From: Auanema rhodensis
Lineage: Eukaryota; Animalia; Nematoda
Assembly (NCBI GenBank): GCA_964057225.1
Contig: OZ059894.1
Span: 15,996,001-16,060,000, forward strand
Length of the DNA stretch: 64,000 bases
Direction: 5' to 3'
In this document: piece by piece, positions 29,684 through 43,300 of the stretch
Layout of the letters: each line of letters starts with the position of its first letter
Position numbering within the stretch: the first letter of the stretch is position 1
Position numbers and translations under genes: made by a program
The notes under the pieces: generated by a model
Databases searched by the model: none
What the model was told of the DNA's origin: nothing
What the model saw: the letters and a program-made list of their open reading frames with translations, nothing else

Positions 29684-32600
29684 AGATCCTATTAAATCAG
29701 AAAACTGTACATGTACACTTATGTATAATATAGTATATTATACATAAATTAATTAATTATAATATATGAAATTGTATTTCTAAAATTCAAATTAGCAGCA
29801 TCATTGGAAAAGTAAAATAACTTCCTTGTTTAAAAACATTTTTCTAAAAGAAAAGAAACTTTTTCATTTAGAGTATTTAGGGGGGGGGGGGTAATGAAGG
29901 AATAGCATATTTCCGAAGAAGCCATGTTTTACTAATATTATAAAAAAAAACTCATATATAGCAAGGACACAGCCGGGAAATTGGCTAATTCCATAGGGAT
30001 TCTCACACTTTTTCTGACAAATTTGAGATGTTAAGCCAGCAATAGGAAGCATTTTTGGTGAAGATATAAGCTTATTTGTAACATAGATTGACTTTTTCAT
30101 CAAATAAGTTATAAAACACATAGACAGTTATTGACAAGAAACATTTTTATTAATAGAATAATTTTGATTTAAATAGTAAATGTTTAAAGAGTTTCAACTA
30201 TTCAAAATTCTGTTTGCAGTTGAAAGCAGAACAAAAAGAAAAATAAATTGAATAGTTTGATAACATGTTAGTCATATTTTAATTTTTTTTTACTTAATCT
30301 ATTTATACTTGGAAACAATTAGCTCAACCCAATTCGTTTTTTTCATTGATATCACACAAAACTATTCAAGTTTGTCGAGGAAAACTTGAGTATAATCAAT
30401 AAATTAATGAAATGTTCTTGAAAGAAATTTTGTTAATTGGAACTTATTATCTTCTTTGAATGAACTTTAACAAAAAAATTGGAGGAAATGTTACAAAGAA
30501 AGATGAGGAGGAAAATGGAAAAAACGCACCGAAGAAAGAAGATAATACAACCGCTTCTAACGTTTAAGAATGATAAAATGAAAATATATAAGTCCATTAG
30601 TTTATGTGAATATAGTTAATTAATGAGGTATTCATTCTATTTTAGTAAATAAATGAATAAAGTAATTGGAGAAGGAAAATTGAAAGAATTTGCTAGACGA
30701 AAGTAACGGAAAGAAGCTAATATGAGAATTTAGTTTAAACGGATAGAGTTAAGACAAATGAAGAGAGTATAAGAGGTGGTAATACAGAGAGTAAAAAAGA
30801 AAGAAAAGTGGAAACATACATAGATGGTAATAGCAAAAGAGGAGACGAGTCAAATAGATGCAAAAAGACTATAAAGTGCTAGAGACAACGTCCACATGAG
30901 GCAAGTGGACAATTAGGTTCTTGGTTCTGGTTGCTTGAATGAAGAAGTATTAGCGAAAGAAACAAGAAGGAACTTCTGAATAAGTAAACATTGAAGTTCT
31001 AAATCGAAAAAGAGGTTTTTTTTGGGTCAAAATGGGTTAAAAACACATAAATAACGGCAAAATACTATTTCTGTATGTCGTTGTTCATGCATTTGTTGTT
31101 TTATTTAGTTCTCTCTTAACTTTCAACTCAAGTATGAAGAAATGAGGCAAAAAAATATAAAAATAGATTGTTATGACGTAAATAAAGTGCAGATAATCTT
31201 ATCTATAAGAAGATTTTGAGTGTTCATATGATGTTACATTGAGAATGTCTTAAAAAGAAACTAAAAAAATGTGATATTCTATGATAATCAAACGACATAA
31301 TCGGTTTCGAATATCATTAGAAACTGATTTTAATATGTAATATAGTGATTGATTAATATATAAAATAGAAAAGATTCAAATAATAAATGAAAATAATAGA
31401 AATAAACTTATATTTCTCATTTAATTGCTATATGTATAACTATATATGGTATGTAGTATATATATAAATAATAAGATAAAGTTCTATTGTAAAGGACATT
31501 TTTTATAATCCAAAATAAGTTTTTTTTTTTTTTAAATTATTTAATAACAAAGAGTAAGAAAAGATTTTGTGGTAAAAGAGTTAAAGCTCATCTCCATTTG
31601 ATAAGATTGTACTATATTAAGAGAGAAAGAAAAACAAAAACTGAGGAAAATAATTTAAAGATCAAAGAAAAATCAATGTTTTTCTTAAATGAAATATAAT
31701 ACATCTTTAATTTGATGTGTTGTTTTAACTTAATTTTCTGTTCAAATAGGGGAGGGGGAGAGAGAGGAGAGGCGGGGGGGGGGGGTGTTGTGAAAAGAAA
31801 TTCAATATGAAAATCTTATATGAATCTTATACTTACAACAAATCACGTGAAAAGCTCAGAGATCGTTAAACAGTGTCAGAAGTTAGAAGATTCTTCTCTC
31901 AAATCTATCTATATATCTAATAGTCTCTTTGTTAGTCTCTTTCATTTATTTCAGTAATATGAAGGAAAATAGTTGTATATACTTCTGAGAACTCTCCTCA
32001 AATAGGAAATAGAAATGTTAACGAAGACCAGATTGCGGTACCAACTAAAAGTAAAAGATGGTCGATCTTTTCATCATTTCTAATGATGTTACTGGCTTTT
32101 TCTTCTTTTCCTTCTTCGCATTTTCATCTTCTTTTCTCTTTTCAGTTGATGTGATGTTCAAAGCAAAGTTGTTGACGAAAAAAGGGAGGAGACAAGTGTT
32201 GAGAAGGTCAAAAAGGTAATGGAAATGATCAATTTGACAATGACCTTCCTTTCCTTAACTCTTTTATAATAATGGCATAAAAGGAATAAACAAAGAATAT
32301 ATAAATAATAATAATAATTTATTTAATTATTTAAAAACTTAAAATATTTTTTAGAAAAAAATGTTTTTTTCCCTTTTCTTAATTATTATATTAGCACATA
32401 TTGTAGGCCAAATAATGAATTAGATAATTTGAAATTCTAAAACATGTAGCATGATGTATGTAATTATTTTTAAAAATTTTATAATTTTTTTCATAAAACA
32501 CTTAAAAATTTTTGTATTTGAATGTAACTTTAATGGAAAATAGTTTGTATTATAAGATTAGCTAGGTGAAAAAGTCATAAATAAGATGGAAAACTTGCAT

Positions 32601-33350
32601 TGACAATGGAACAGTGCTGTTCACAATTCTAAAGACTAAATTCCTTTTGCCATTTCTTGTGACAAAAATTGAAAGAAAAAGACAAAATATCAGAGAATTG
32701 AATAAGTTTGTGTGAGTTGAATGATAAGTAGAAGATTTTAAAGAAAATGCTGTAACATATTTAAACAAAATAACTTTATTATAATAAGATTATATGAATG
32801 AAAGTAATAATAATGATGTTGATGATGATGAATAGAGGGCAAATGGCTAAAGAAAACGTTCGGATTTGATGTTTGTTCGAAGTTTATTTGCTGATGAAAA
32901 TATTTAAGATAACACCAGATGTAAACTATTCAAAGCATATGGAATTTATATAAATTTTTGAAAAAAAAATTGTTAAAGAACATGCAAATATTTAGAAAAA
33001 AAGGAAAATTCACTAAAATCTTCTATTTTTCATTGATAAAATTATACAAACATCATAGTTTTTATGATTAGAATTGAAACAAAGTTTGAACAAAATCATA
33101 AAAAAGGGATTATGACGTCAAATATTGAATTGATTATGCATATTATAAATCGTTAAAATATGTTTCTAGATCATCGACATGAAAATACATATAGTATTGA
33201 AAAGTTACAAGAAAATATTTAGAAAATGTTCTTTCAGATCACTAACAATAATATTAAAAATAAATATTTTTCTAGTTAAGAAGAAGATGAGATAAATAGT
33301 TAGATGTCAAACATGTTCTCTTCTATATACATACACAGATCTCTTTATAT

Positions 33351-33397
33351 CTTTATCTCTCTCTCTCTCTCTTTCTGTCTCTCTCTCTCTCTCTCTT
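33351..33397. repeat. (CT)n microsatellite
   Basis: CT dinucleotide run. Confidence 0.9.
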
Positions 33398-34947
33398 TTA
33401 TTGTCATCTTCCTCTTTTTCTCTCCTTAATACACTTCTTTACTAACAATTCTTAATGGTTATTCTAACTGAAAGTTCATAAAAGCATCATGCTCTCAATA
33501 TGAATTCTTATCTGAGAATACACACTTACCCCCATTCTCAGACTGTTTTTGACGTCAAACCATACCGTAAATAGATGGAAATACTTCGAACTATGAAGAA
33601 AAAGACGAAAGATGAAAGAAGAAGAGAATGAGAATAGTGTTTCATTCACGAAAAAAAGAGGATGAAAATCCTATTTGGAAGAAAAATCTTTGTGGTTCGT
33701 GTATGTCTTCTGTCTATCTATCTATGTATGTGCGTGATGCGTATGTGTTTTTGTTCATTGAAATAGACGGCAATTACAGATCATCGAATTAGTGGATAAC
33801 AGCATGGCCATGTTGAAGACGACAACGACTACGATGATGAAGACGATGATGATGATGGTGGTAGTGGTGGACACAATGACTGACAACGACGACGATAAAG
33901 GAACGACTTCACCTGATGACGCGGGTTGACTAACGATGACGATAACGACGACGTCGTCGCGACATCTGTCGTGCTTGATGTCTGACGATGTTGCTGATGC
34001 TTCAGCGCTAAATTGAATGCCTCTGACAATACATAGATGCACCATGTGAGAATCCAGTTATCCTTTTGATTCATGGCTTTTCTCATCCGAAGTCATAGAT
34101 CATGTCAAGTATAAAATCAGCAACTGATAATACAGATTGACGTCAAAAGAAAATTTGATAAGATTAGAAGATTACATGTGACAAAACAACAAAAAATGAA
34201 AATGAAGAATGATGAATATCCGATATCTAGTAAAGATTTCAATAAGATATAGTTAACTATATGAAAAAGATTTATATCATATAATTAAGGATTTAACCCC
34301 CCTTTAATCATATAATTCTCATACATACATTTGATGTTTAAGAGAACAATAAAAGAAGAAAGTATAATGTTTGATTTTCAGTACCTATCATTGAATTGAC
34401 TATCATTTCAACCAACAAAAACTACATAAATTATAAAATTATGGTAACTATACGTTATAAATAAAAGAAAATGTATACTATATATATATCTAAATATCTA
34501 AATATAAATACATTTACAACAATAACAACAATTCAAATATACCTAATATTTTATTATTTAAAAGAATATAAGGCAATTTGTATACGCAATTCTTTCATTT
34601 TATTTGTTTTTTTTTAAATGAAAAATAAAAATGTTTCACTATCTATGCTTGAATCCATTTTTTTAAAATCAAATATTGATTGATGTAATTGTAATTTTAC
34701 AAACCTTTTTATATATGTAATTATAATTACTTGATGGAAATAAGATGACAAACTGATTATATTCAAAAAGTAACCAGAAACACGAAATTTCATGTGACAT
34801 TATGTGTATTAATACGATAATATGTTAAGAATGTTTGATAATATGCATATATATATATCTATTTATATATTTATTTAAATATAATTTATATTAAAAACAT
34901 AATCAAAAACATTTTTTTTAAACACAAATAATTATATAAAATTATAA

Positions 34948-36184
34948 TTATTCACCCGTATTGTAAATATATAACCGTTTTGCATTAATTCTAGAACGTT
35001 GATGTGGTTGTAATTCTTCTTCTTCTTCATCATAATTCAAAAGATCATCACGTTTATCAGTTGTTTGTACTGATGCAACCTTAAATATAATATTATAAGT
35101 TTTTAAGAATGTTTAAAAACCTTAATCTGTGTCTGAGTTTGAGTCCATTTATTACGCATACGAGCTCTTTCTTCAAATTTTTCATTGAGAATTTGTCGTC
35201 TAAAATAATATATTTATATAATATATAATAAAATAAGTACATACTGTTGTTTTGGCATAAAACGCATCAACAACTTTTCTGCTCCTCCCATATTCTGACT
35301 AAACTGTTTGACAGCATCGCCATCTGAAATTCAAATAATGGATCATTTCATGTAGCGTGGCAATGACGAGAGTTCAATCTTTTCTATTTAAAATCAAAAT
35401 TCGCAAAGATCGGTTGAAAATGAAAAATTCAAAAATCATATAAAAGAAGTTTTAAGGAAAAGTTATATGAAGTTAATCAGATTCATACCTTGTGATATCT
35501 TTGTCGAATCACCTCTCTTTACATCACCATCTTCATTAGATGTAGCAATCTTTTTACAATCTTCAGCTAAAATAAGTTTTTATAAATGATCATATATTTA
35601 AGTTTATAATTAAGTTGAAACTTACCGCTAATATTCAAGTTGTTTTTGAAATCTTGCTCAATTGATTTTACAATTTTTGCAAATAATAATTCAAGTTGCA
35701 TTTGAACAACATTAATAAACATAGAAACAATAGATAATCCACCCAAAATCAACATAAAGTTTACAACAGCAACCTTATGTGATGGTGTTATATCACCGAA
35801 TCCTAAAATATTAATTATATTAATTATATTTAAATATAATATTAAATACCTATTGTTGTTAAAGAAATTAAAAAGAAATAGACTGATGTACCAAATGACC
35901 ATTCTTCAAAATAAGCAAATACTGATGAACATAATCCAATCCAAAAGAATAATAAGAAGAATACAATTGAAAATGGCATTGGTTTAATTTCTTCTTCTTC
36001 ACCTTTTTCATCTATATTTGTCTTACTATTACTTTCTATAAAACAGACACTCTGAAAAATAAAAATTTAATTATCTTAAGTTCATTGCTTTTTAAAATTT
36101 ATTTTTGTTACAATCAGTTAATCATTATAAGTTTTATCAGGCATCAGAAGATATGTATGTTGGTTGGTTGGATGAAGAAACGGC

Positions 36185-36238
<54 letters not shown>

Positions 36239-37914
36239 GGGTGAAGACATTTGAAAATTAGTTTGAACAAGATCTAACAGCTGGCAAATTAATATGAATA
36301 GTGTGTGCATATAATCCATCACATTTCCATCTTATTTTCACTCAACCTCTCAAAAAACTGTGTGTAACACATCTTCTTATTGTGATGTCAATATCGAATT
36401 TGAAAAAGAAAAAAAGATAAGAGAAAGCCTTAATGATCATGAAAATTTTGATGATCATACATCTTTATTTCAATATATATTTATTAATAAAAATAAATAA
36501 ATAAAGATTCTTTTTTCTTTCAAATGATGTCGACGACGACGATGACGACGACGACAATGATGATGATGATGATATAGATAAATAGATAAGAGTTTTGTTT
36601 TTACTTACATATATTTAGATAGTAAAGTGGATAAAGATTCAAAGAATGTTAAGACAATATTGAATTTTCAAAAAAAAATATAGTTAGTAGTAATAGTATT
36701 AGTATAAAAATTATATTAAAGGGGAAAAGAAATATTTCTTTTTTATTTTACATTTTCTGCTTATATTTCTCTCAAATTTAAAGTTTTTCAACTGAAAAGA
36801 TAAAATATTAGTTAACATTTCGTATGTTAGTTATCTATATGTTTTTAACTTGTTGTAGTAAAAAATCACGTTTAAACAAATAAAACAACAAAGTATAAAG
36901 TATTCATTGTAAAATCTTTCAACTTTAAAAAGTTTTTAAACTTACATCATCATCTATTTCCTTTTTTGATTTTCTTCTACATTTAGATAACAATTTATCA
37001 TTAATCCACATAAAAAATTTCAGAAGATATCCCTTCCATAAAACTTAAAAAAATTTTTTTTTCCAAAGAAAAAAAAAAGAAAAAAAGAACTTACAGTCAA
37101 CCATTTCAAACATTAATGTTCCCCAATCATTTAAAATAGTAATAACAAGAGGAATGCCAAGAATTGCATATAACACTGTAAAGATTCGTCCACCTACTGT
37201 CTGGGCAGCTATATCTCCATAACCTATTAAAATAAATATTTAATATAATTATTTATTATTTTATAATAAAAGTAAATACCAATTGTTGTATAAACTGTTC
37301 CAGCATAGTATAATCCACCCCAGATAGTCCATTTACGTTCTTCTTTAAGTGTTGGCTTAGTATTCATAGCCTGATCATATCGATCAATAGCTATTCGTAA
37401 TCTTGTTTCCGAATAATCAGAAAGATTTGAATTAGCTACATATAATCCCTTTAATTGAAAAAAATTATTATTTTTTAATTTAGAGAGTAAAGCTTTACTT
37501 GAATCTTTTCAACTAAAATTTTCTTTGCAGCCACACTTTGTTGAAATGTCATTCGATTACCCTCTCGGATTAATAATTCTTCATATGGTTGTTCCAAAGC
37601 ACAAAATATAATAGCACCAAAATATGAATATAGTAACAGAACAATGAATAAAGCAAGATGTTGTAAACTATATTTGTGATAATGAACAACTACGAGATTC
37701 CAAAACATTCTGAAATTAAAAAAAAAGATTTATTATCCTTTTAGAATAAATAGAAATATAAAAAACACAGGAGAAAGGGTAATGATACTATACTTGATTG
37801 AAAAAGACGTTTGACATAAAAGGGAAGGAGGAGAGAGAGAGGTGGTATAAGGTGAGAGTAGATGAAAATGGAAACTTACTCATTTTGGTCGAGTTTTTTA
37901 TTTTTTCCAAACAT
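34948..37914 (-). CDS. Two-pore-domain (K2P/TWK family) potassium channel, multi-exon
   Basis: Probable first exon 37914-37880 (MFGKNKKLDQN), then M1 (LALFIVLLLYSYFGAIIFCALE), P1 WTIWGGLYYAGTVYTTIGYGD, M2 (GRIFTVLYAILGIPL), M3, P2 WSFGTSVYFFLISLTTIGFGD, M4, and a C-tail ending RLYIYNTGE-TAA. I cannot assign the paralog. Confidence 0.93.
36187..36238. repeat. (GA)n microsatellite in a twk intron
   Basis: GA dinucleotide run. Confidence 0.95.
36524..36573. repeat. (GAC/GAT)n trinucleotide tract in a twk intron
   Basis: gacgacgacgatgacgacgacgacaatgatgatgatgatgat. Confidence 0.8.
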
Positions 37915-40338
37915 TTTAGTCGAAAAATGTTGAAAATGTTTTATTCATGCGGAGAATGAAGGAAATAATGAATGAATATACTCTAGATGATTGGTGATGA
38001 ATGTTTTTGTTCAACTTTTTAGAAGAAGTGTGAAGAAGAATAATGAATATTGTAGATTTTGATAATTAGAGGTTACAAAGATATTCAAAACAGCTTTAAT
38101 CATAAGAAAGATATTTATATATTTCTATGTAGTGTGAGAGAAATGACAAAAAAAATAATAAAAAAAGAAGATAAAAATAATGGTAAGAAGAACTTAAGAA
38201 TTGAAAAACTGAAGAGAATTGAGGTTGAAATGCATGTGGCAGAGGGAGGTGTAGGAGGAAACAATAGGATAGAAATATAAATATATTCTAGAATAAAGAG
38301 ATTATCTAATAGTTAGAGAAAAACAGATAAACTATAACAAACATGAAATTAGAGAGTAACTAGGATGATATACACTAAAAGTATGAAAGAGAAAGAGTAT
38401 TGACTTTTAGATGCAAGATGGTGGTCTATATCAAAAACTGTGACAAGGACAAAAAGATTAAATTACATTGTAACGGATATATGATACTAGAATTTTAACT
38501 ATTTTTAAATTATAACAATGTTTCAAGATCTTGCTTTATACTTTTCTTTCAAAACTTATCTAAGAACTTGAAGTAAGAGTAGACCTTGTTTCACAGTTCA
38601 TTTGTACTGAATTCAGATATACTTTGTGTTGAAAAAAAAGTTTTTGAATGTTTTTTTTCTAAAATATTATACTTGAAAGTAATATCTTCATATGTTTAGA
38701 AAATTATTGTAAAGTAATTAAAAATTTGTAAATACGAATAGATTATGTGATTAAGTATTGAAAAGTTTGAAGATTTTATGAGATAAAGCTAACTTTTTGA
38801 AAACAGTTAAAAAGAATAATGGAGGAATGAGACCTGCTGTCTGACAAGTGTAGATGTGGAGGTGTAAAGTTTAAAAGAAAAATTGAAAAGAGGACAGAAA
38901 TTAGTCAATTTCTATCATTTTCATTTTATTTTAAATAAAATTTGATCAAATAATTAATTAAAAATCAAAAAATTGTTTTAATTTTCAAAGTAATGTGTTT
39001 AAAAACTTGTGAAATGTCATTAAAATATTTTATTTATGTGAATAATGATATAAAGATTTATAATTTTCTTAACAAAATAAAATAAATCGAAATGAAATTA
39101 GTATAACCTATGAGAACAACAACTGAGCTCATCTTTCTCGACAGCTTAGTTGTCAAGATTTATAGATAATAGAAGAATTTTGTTTGATATGCTATGACTT
39201 CAATTCTTTTTGTTGTTTTTTTGACAAAGTTTTCAGAGAAAATTAGGTTTCTTTGTAAACAATTAGAAATATGAAACAATTTTAATACTAATTATATAAT
39301 AATATTATTATTATTAAAATATTATGATTTTTAAAATTATTAATTATAATAAATTTTAAAAAAAAATCTATTTTTCTTAAATAGTTGTTTCATTGTTTAT
39401 TATATTTATATGTATGTATTTCATTTTTTATTATATGAATAATTAAGTTAAGTTATATTTTATTTATTTTATACAGTATACTAAGGATATACTATAATAA
39501 ATAATCTCTTTATCTCTTCTTCTCTCTGAAGCTCTTAAAGAAGAAGGCGGGAACTTTGAAGCCAGTAAATCAACTCTGTTAAATTAGATTCAACGATGTG
39601 CAGGTGAGGAAGAACTTGATCAGGTGAAGCAGAATCTTGGAAAGTTGAAACCAGGATATAGGAAATGAAATGTGTGTTCAAAATGCACTGAACATCATCT
39701 GAACACTTTTGTGTTTTTTTTGTTTGAGAACTTTCTTAGTGTGTAAGATTACTCTGAAAGTTCACACATCTCCATTATGAGTCATATGTTGATTATTTTA
39801 TAATAAATTTAAAAAAATATATTTATATATTATATATTAATAAATAAAAATAAAATAGAAATTTAACAATTTTATTTTTTATTTAATATAAATAAATCTT
39901 ATTTATGTATTATATATTCATAAAAATCAATTGCACTTCCAAAAAAAAAGAAGAAGAAAAAGAAAAAAAAACATATAATAGATACAATAAAACAAAAAAT
40001 TATGAAGACAATTCTATAAGATGAACCCACATATAAACTGAGAACAGGATGTTTCAAAAACTTTCAAATAGAAGTTAAGTAACTATTTGAAATATAATTG
40101 TCTTTAAAACTTTTGACTGAGCATGGAATGAAGACATTTTGTTATATAAACTATATATTACATAACTTTAAAAATTGATTTTAAAATCATTCTATCTACA
40201 TTCATAACTGTTTTATCAGCTTAATTAGCAATTAAGCTATTAATTATATGATATATGATAAATATAATTAACAAACAATAAAAAAACATAATGAAAAACA
40301 GGCAATGAAGAATGACAAAGGTAGCACAGATTTTAGAT

Positions 40339-43300
40339 TTATTTCGAGACCTTCCAAACAAGCTTTTGACATCGAATATATTCGGCTAAGTGAAGTGTAA
40401 GCTGAAATTAATGAAAATTTAAATGAAAATTCGAAAAGATTTCAAATAATTACCGTATCAATGATAGTTTTATCCATTGTAAACGTTATACGTTCTTTTG
40501 GTGTTTCTTCTGGATGAGATTCAGCTGGAAGTTGTCGATCTATCATTAACATGAAATCATTATGAAAAGCTCCAAAAGAAGTTAAGCGATGATAAGCAAT
40601 TGTACGTATAACATCCTTAAATATAAATTATAAAATATATAAATTATATAAAAACTCACAAAGTGTCTTTGATCAATAATATGAATGGCTGTATCAGATA
40701 ATGATAAATAAACTTTTTTATCATTACAAGTTCTCATACCACCACTGTATATATCACTACCAAATAATGACCATTTTCTCATAACCTATAATTATTATAA
40801 TAATTATATAAATATATTTATATATTTATAAAACCTGTAATATAACCCGTATTGATTCAGCTTCAGTCATTCCAGAATATTCATTCCAGTTTGTTAGTAT
40901 AGATGCTCTAAAATATAAAAAATATAAATAAAATGTATAATTATAATAATAATTAATATAAATAAAATAAATATTAACTTACTTAAGTGACTTAATACAT
41001 GCTACATCTAACATTTTTGTTGGATAGAAATTAGTAGTAATAAAAGTAAATTGTTCATCTGTTAAATATTCTGTTGAATCTCCGAATGATAACTGAAATC
41101 AAAGTTTTTTCATAAAAAATTGTTGAAACTATTTGAAATTTTGTCTTCTCATTTCCCCCTCTTCTATACTTACCTGAGCATATAATGCTGCTAATTGATC
41201 AGCTAATTGATTGCTTACGGGCATTTTACCGGCTACAAGCTCATCAGCCATTCGCCAGACTAAGAAGGATCGTTCGATAGGAGTTTCTGTTGATACAAGA
41301 TGATTCCAATAATGACGTTGACGTAGACATAATGTTGCAGCACAATCAGTTGCAACACGTCCTCGAAGTACATCGCGATGTCGCTGTTCCCAGATACTGA
41401 GTGCATCACATACCTAAAGTACACAAATTATAAACAACTATTTGAATGTAAGTTCTTAAGATTATCTTCTTATATCTAACCTTTTGTTTTCCTTTTAATA
41501 ATTGAAGACCTTTGGTTGTAGGATCATCAATATACAAAGCATATCCAGATAAAAGTGCTGGTCTCATTCCTAATTTTAAGCACAACGATGACAAACATTG
41601 TCCAATTTCTGTTGAGCCATCAAATTCCACAACCTTAATTATATTAAATATTATAATTATAATAAATGAATTTACTTGATATTGATGATTTGGTAATCGA
41701 ACAGATATTGAATGTGGAAATTTTGTTGTAGTTGGATCTCTTGTCAGTACAGATGTTACTTCCATTTTACTAGGACCTTCACTTCGAACACCCATACGTA
41801 GACATCGATCTAATGCAGCTTTACAATATCCAGCCATATTACCTTCATCAGAACTGAAATTTAAATTTTAAAAATAAAAACTTTAAAGGAAAAAATACTT
41901 TTTAATCATCCACCGTGATACATGTTTCTTTAAAAGCCATAACAATGCATATTGCTTCGGTAAAAACAGAGAAAGAGCTAAAGCCATCAGTTTCCAGCCT
42001 TGTAATCCGTATGGCATTGAACAACTTGTTAAACGAATTAATTGAGCATAAAATTCATTTTTTAAGAAATCATTCTGAAAATTATTGATTTCATATATTT
42101 AAATAAAATTAAAATAATTTACTTGTACAGTTGTGGATAAGATGTTTTGGGCCAAATCGATATGATATTGGACTGCAGTTGGTCTCATAAGTACCGAAAC
42201 AAATAATAAGCAAGCCTAAAATTAACAAAATAAGAATATATAGTTATAAGCATATATAGTTAATTACCTTAGAAATTTCAAGAGTTTTTTTCTTTTCTCC
42301 TTCTTCAACTGATGTTAAAGGATCTTTTGGATTATCATCACATGAAGCCAGAAGTATATCTTTCCATAACGGTGAATCAGGATCTGCGCCTTCTGCCAGC
42401 ATCCGTTGAACAAGAACCTCAAATGGAGTTCCAAATAATGAAGCATCTCCCGCTGCAGCTCGAAGAAAGTATAGCCATTTTTCTTTTTCTTCAGCTGCTT
42501 TCAATATTAAATATACAGGATCTTCATTAGCAATCTGAATAAAGAATTATGTTTAAAAATAAAAATTAAACTTAATTACCTCTAAGCATATACTGTAATT
42601 ATCTTTTTTAAGTTGAACAACTGATGGAGCATGTTCATCCAATTGTTGCTCATCACTACTACCACTATATTCATCAGATGATGCTTTCATCTTATCCGAA
42701 ACACGAGCACCTTGTAGATACAAAAAAGCTGATGGAACCTTTAATCAAATATTAGCAAATAGTCTTTGAAATATATAAATCTTACCGTATCTTCAGGATT
42801 TTTAAAGAACATAAGCTTATGATTAACAAGAGCAGCAAAAATCTTTCTGGAGTGACCACATCGTACCCTTGTCATCCAACCACTGATTGAAGCATCTAGT
42901 GGCGCGCTTCGGCTAGCTAAATCACGTAGAGTGGCTCCTGAAAATGAATAAAGTATATAATTATATATTATACAAATTATACAAATTATACAAATTATAA
43001 TCCAAAAATTATGTAACAAACCTTTTACAGCAGCCGAGAGAATAGCAACCCATTCTTGAGTTGTTCTTTCACTATCTGTCATATACTGATATTTTCCAGT
43101 TCCGGTTATAATCTAGAAAATAAATATTTGTTTTGATAAATGATAACATCTAAAAATACTTGAAAAGCATATGAACATCCTTGTTGTTGGATTTTAGTCA
43201 CAGATTTAATATCTGATATTTGTAACCTCATAACAGGCTCTTCTTCACGAGAAGCATTTTTCTAGAAAAAAAAAACAAAAAATAATAAAAAGAAATAATT

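Noticed and set aside
33755-34086. Two overlapping minus-strand ORFs in a GC-richer island
   Set aside because: Driven by GAC/GAT trinucleotide repeats with no recognisable homology; more likely UTR or regulatory DNA.
39530-39700. Exon-like GC-richer patch with two CAGGTG between max-1 and twk
   Set aside because: Stops occur in all three + frames and there is no usable splice chain; at most regulatory.
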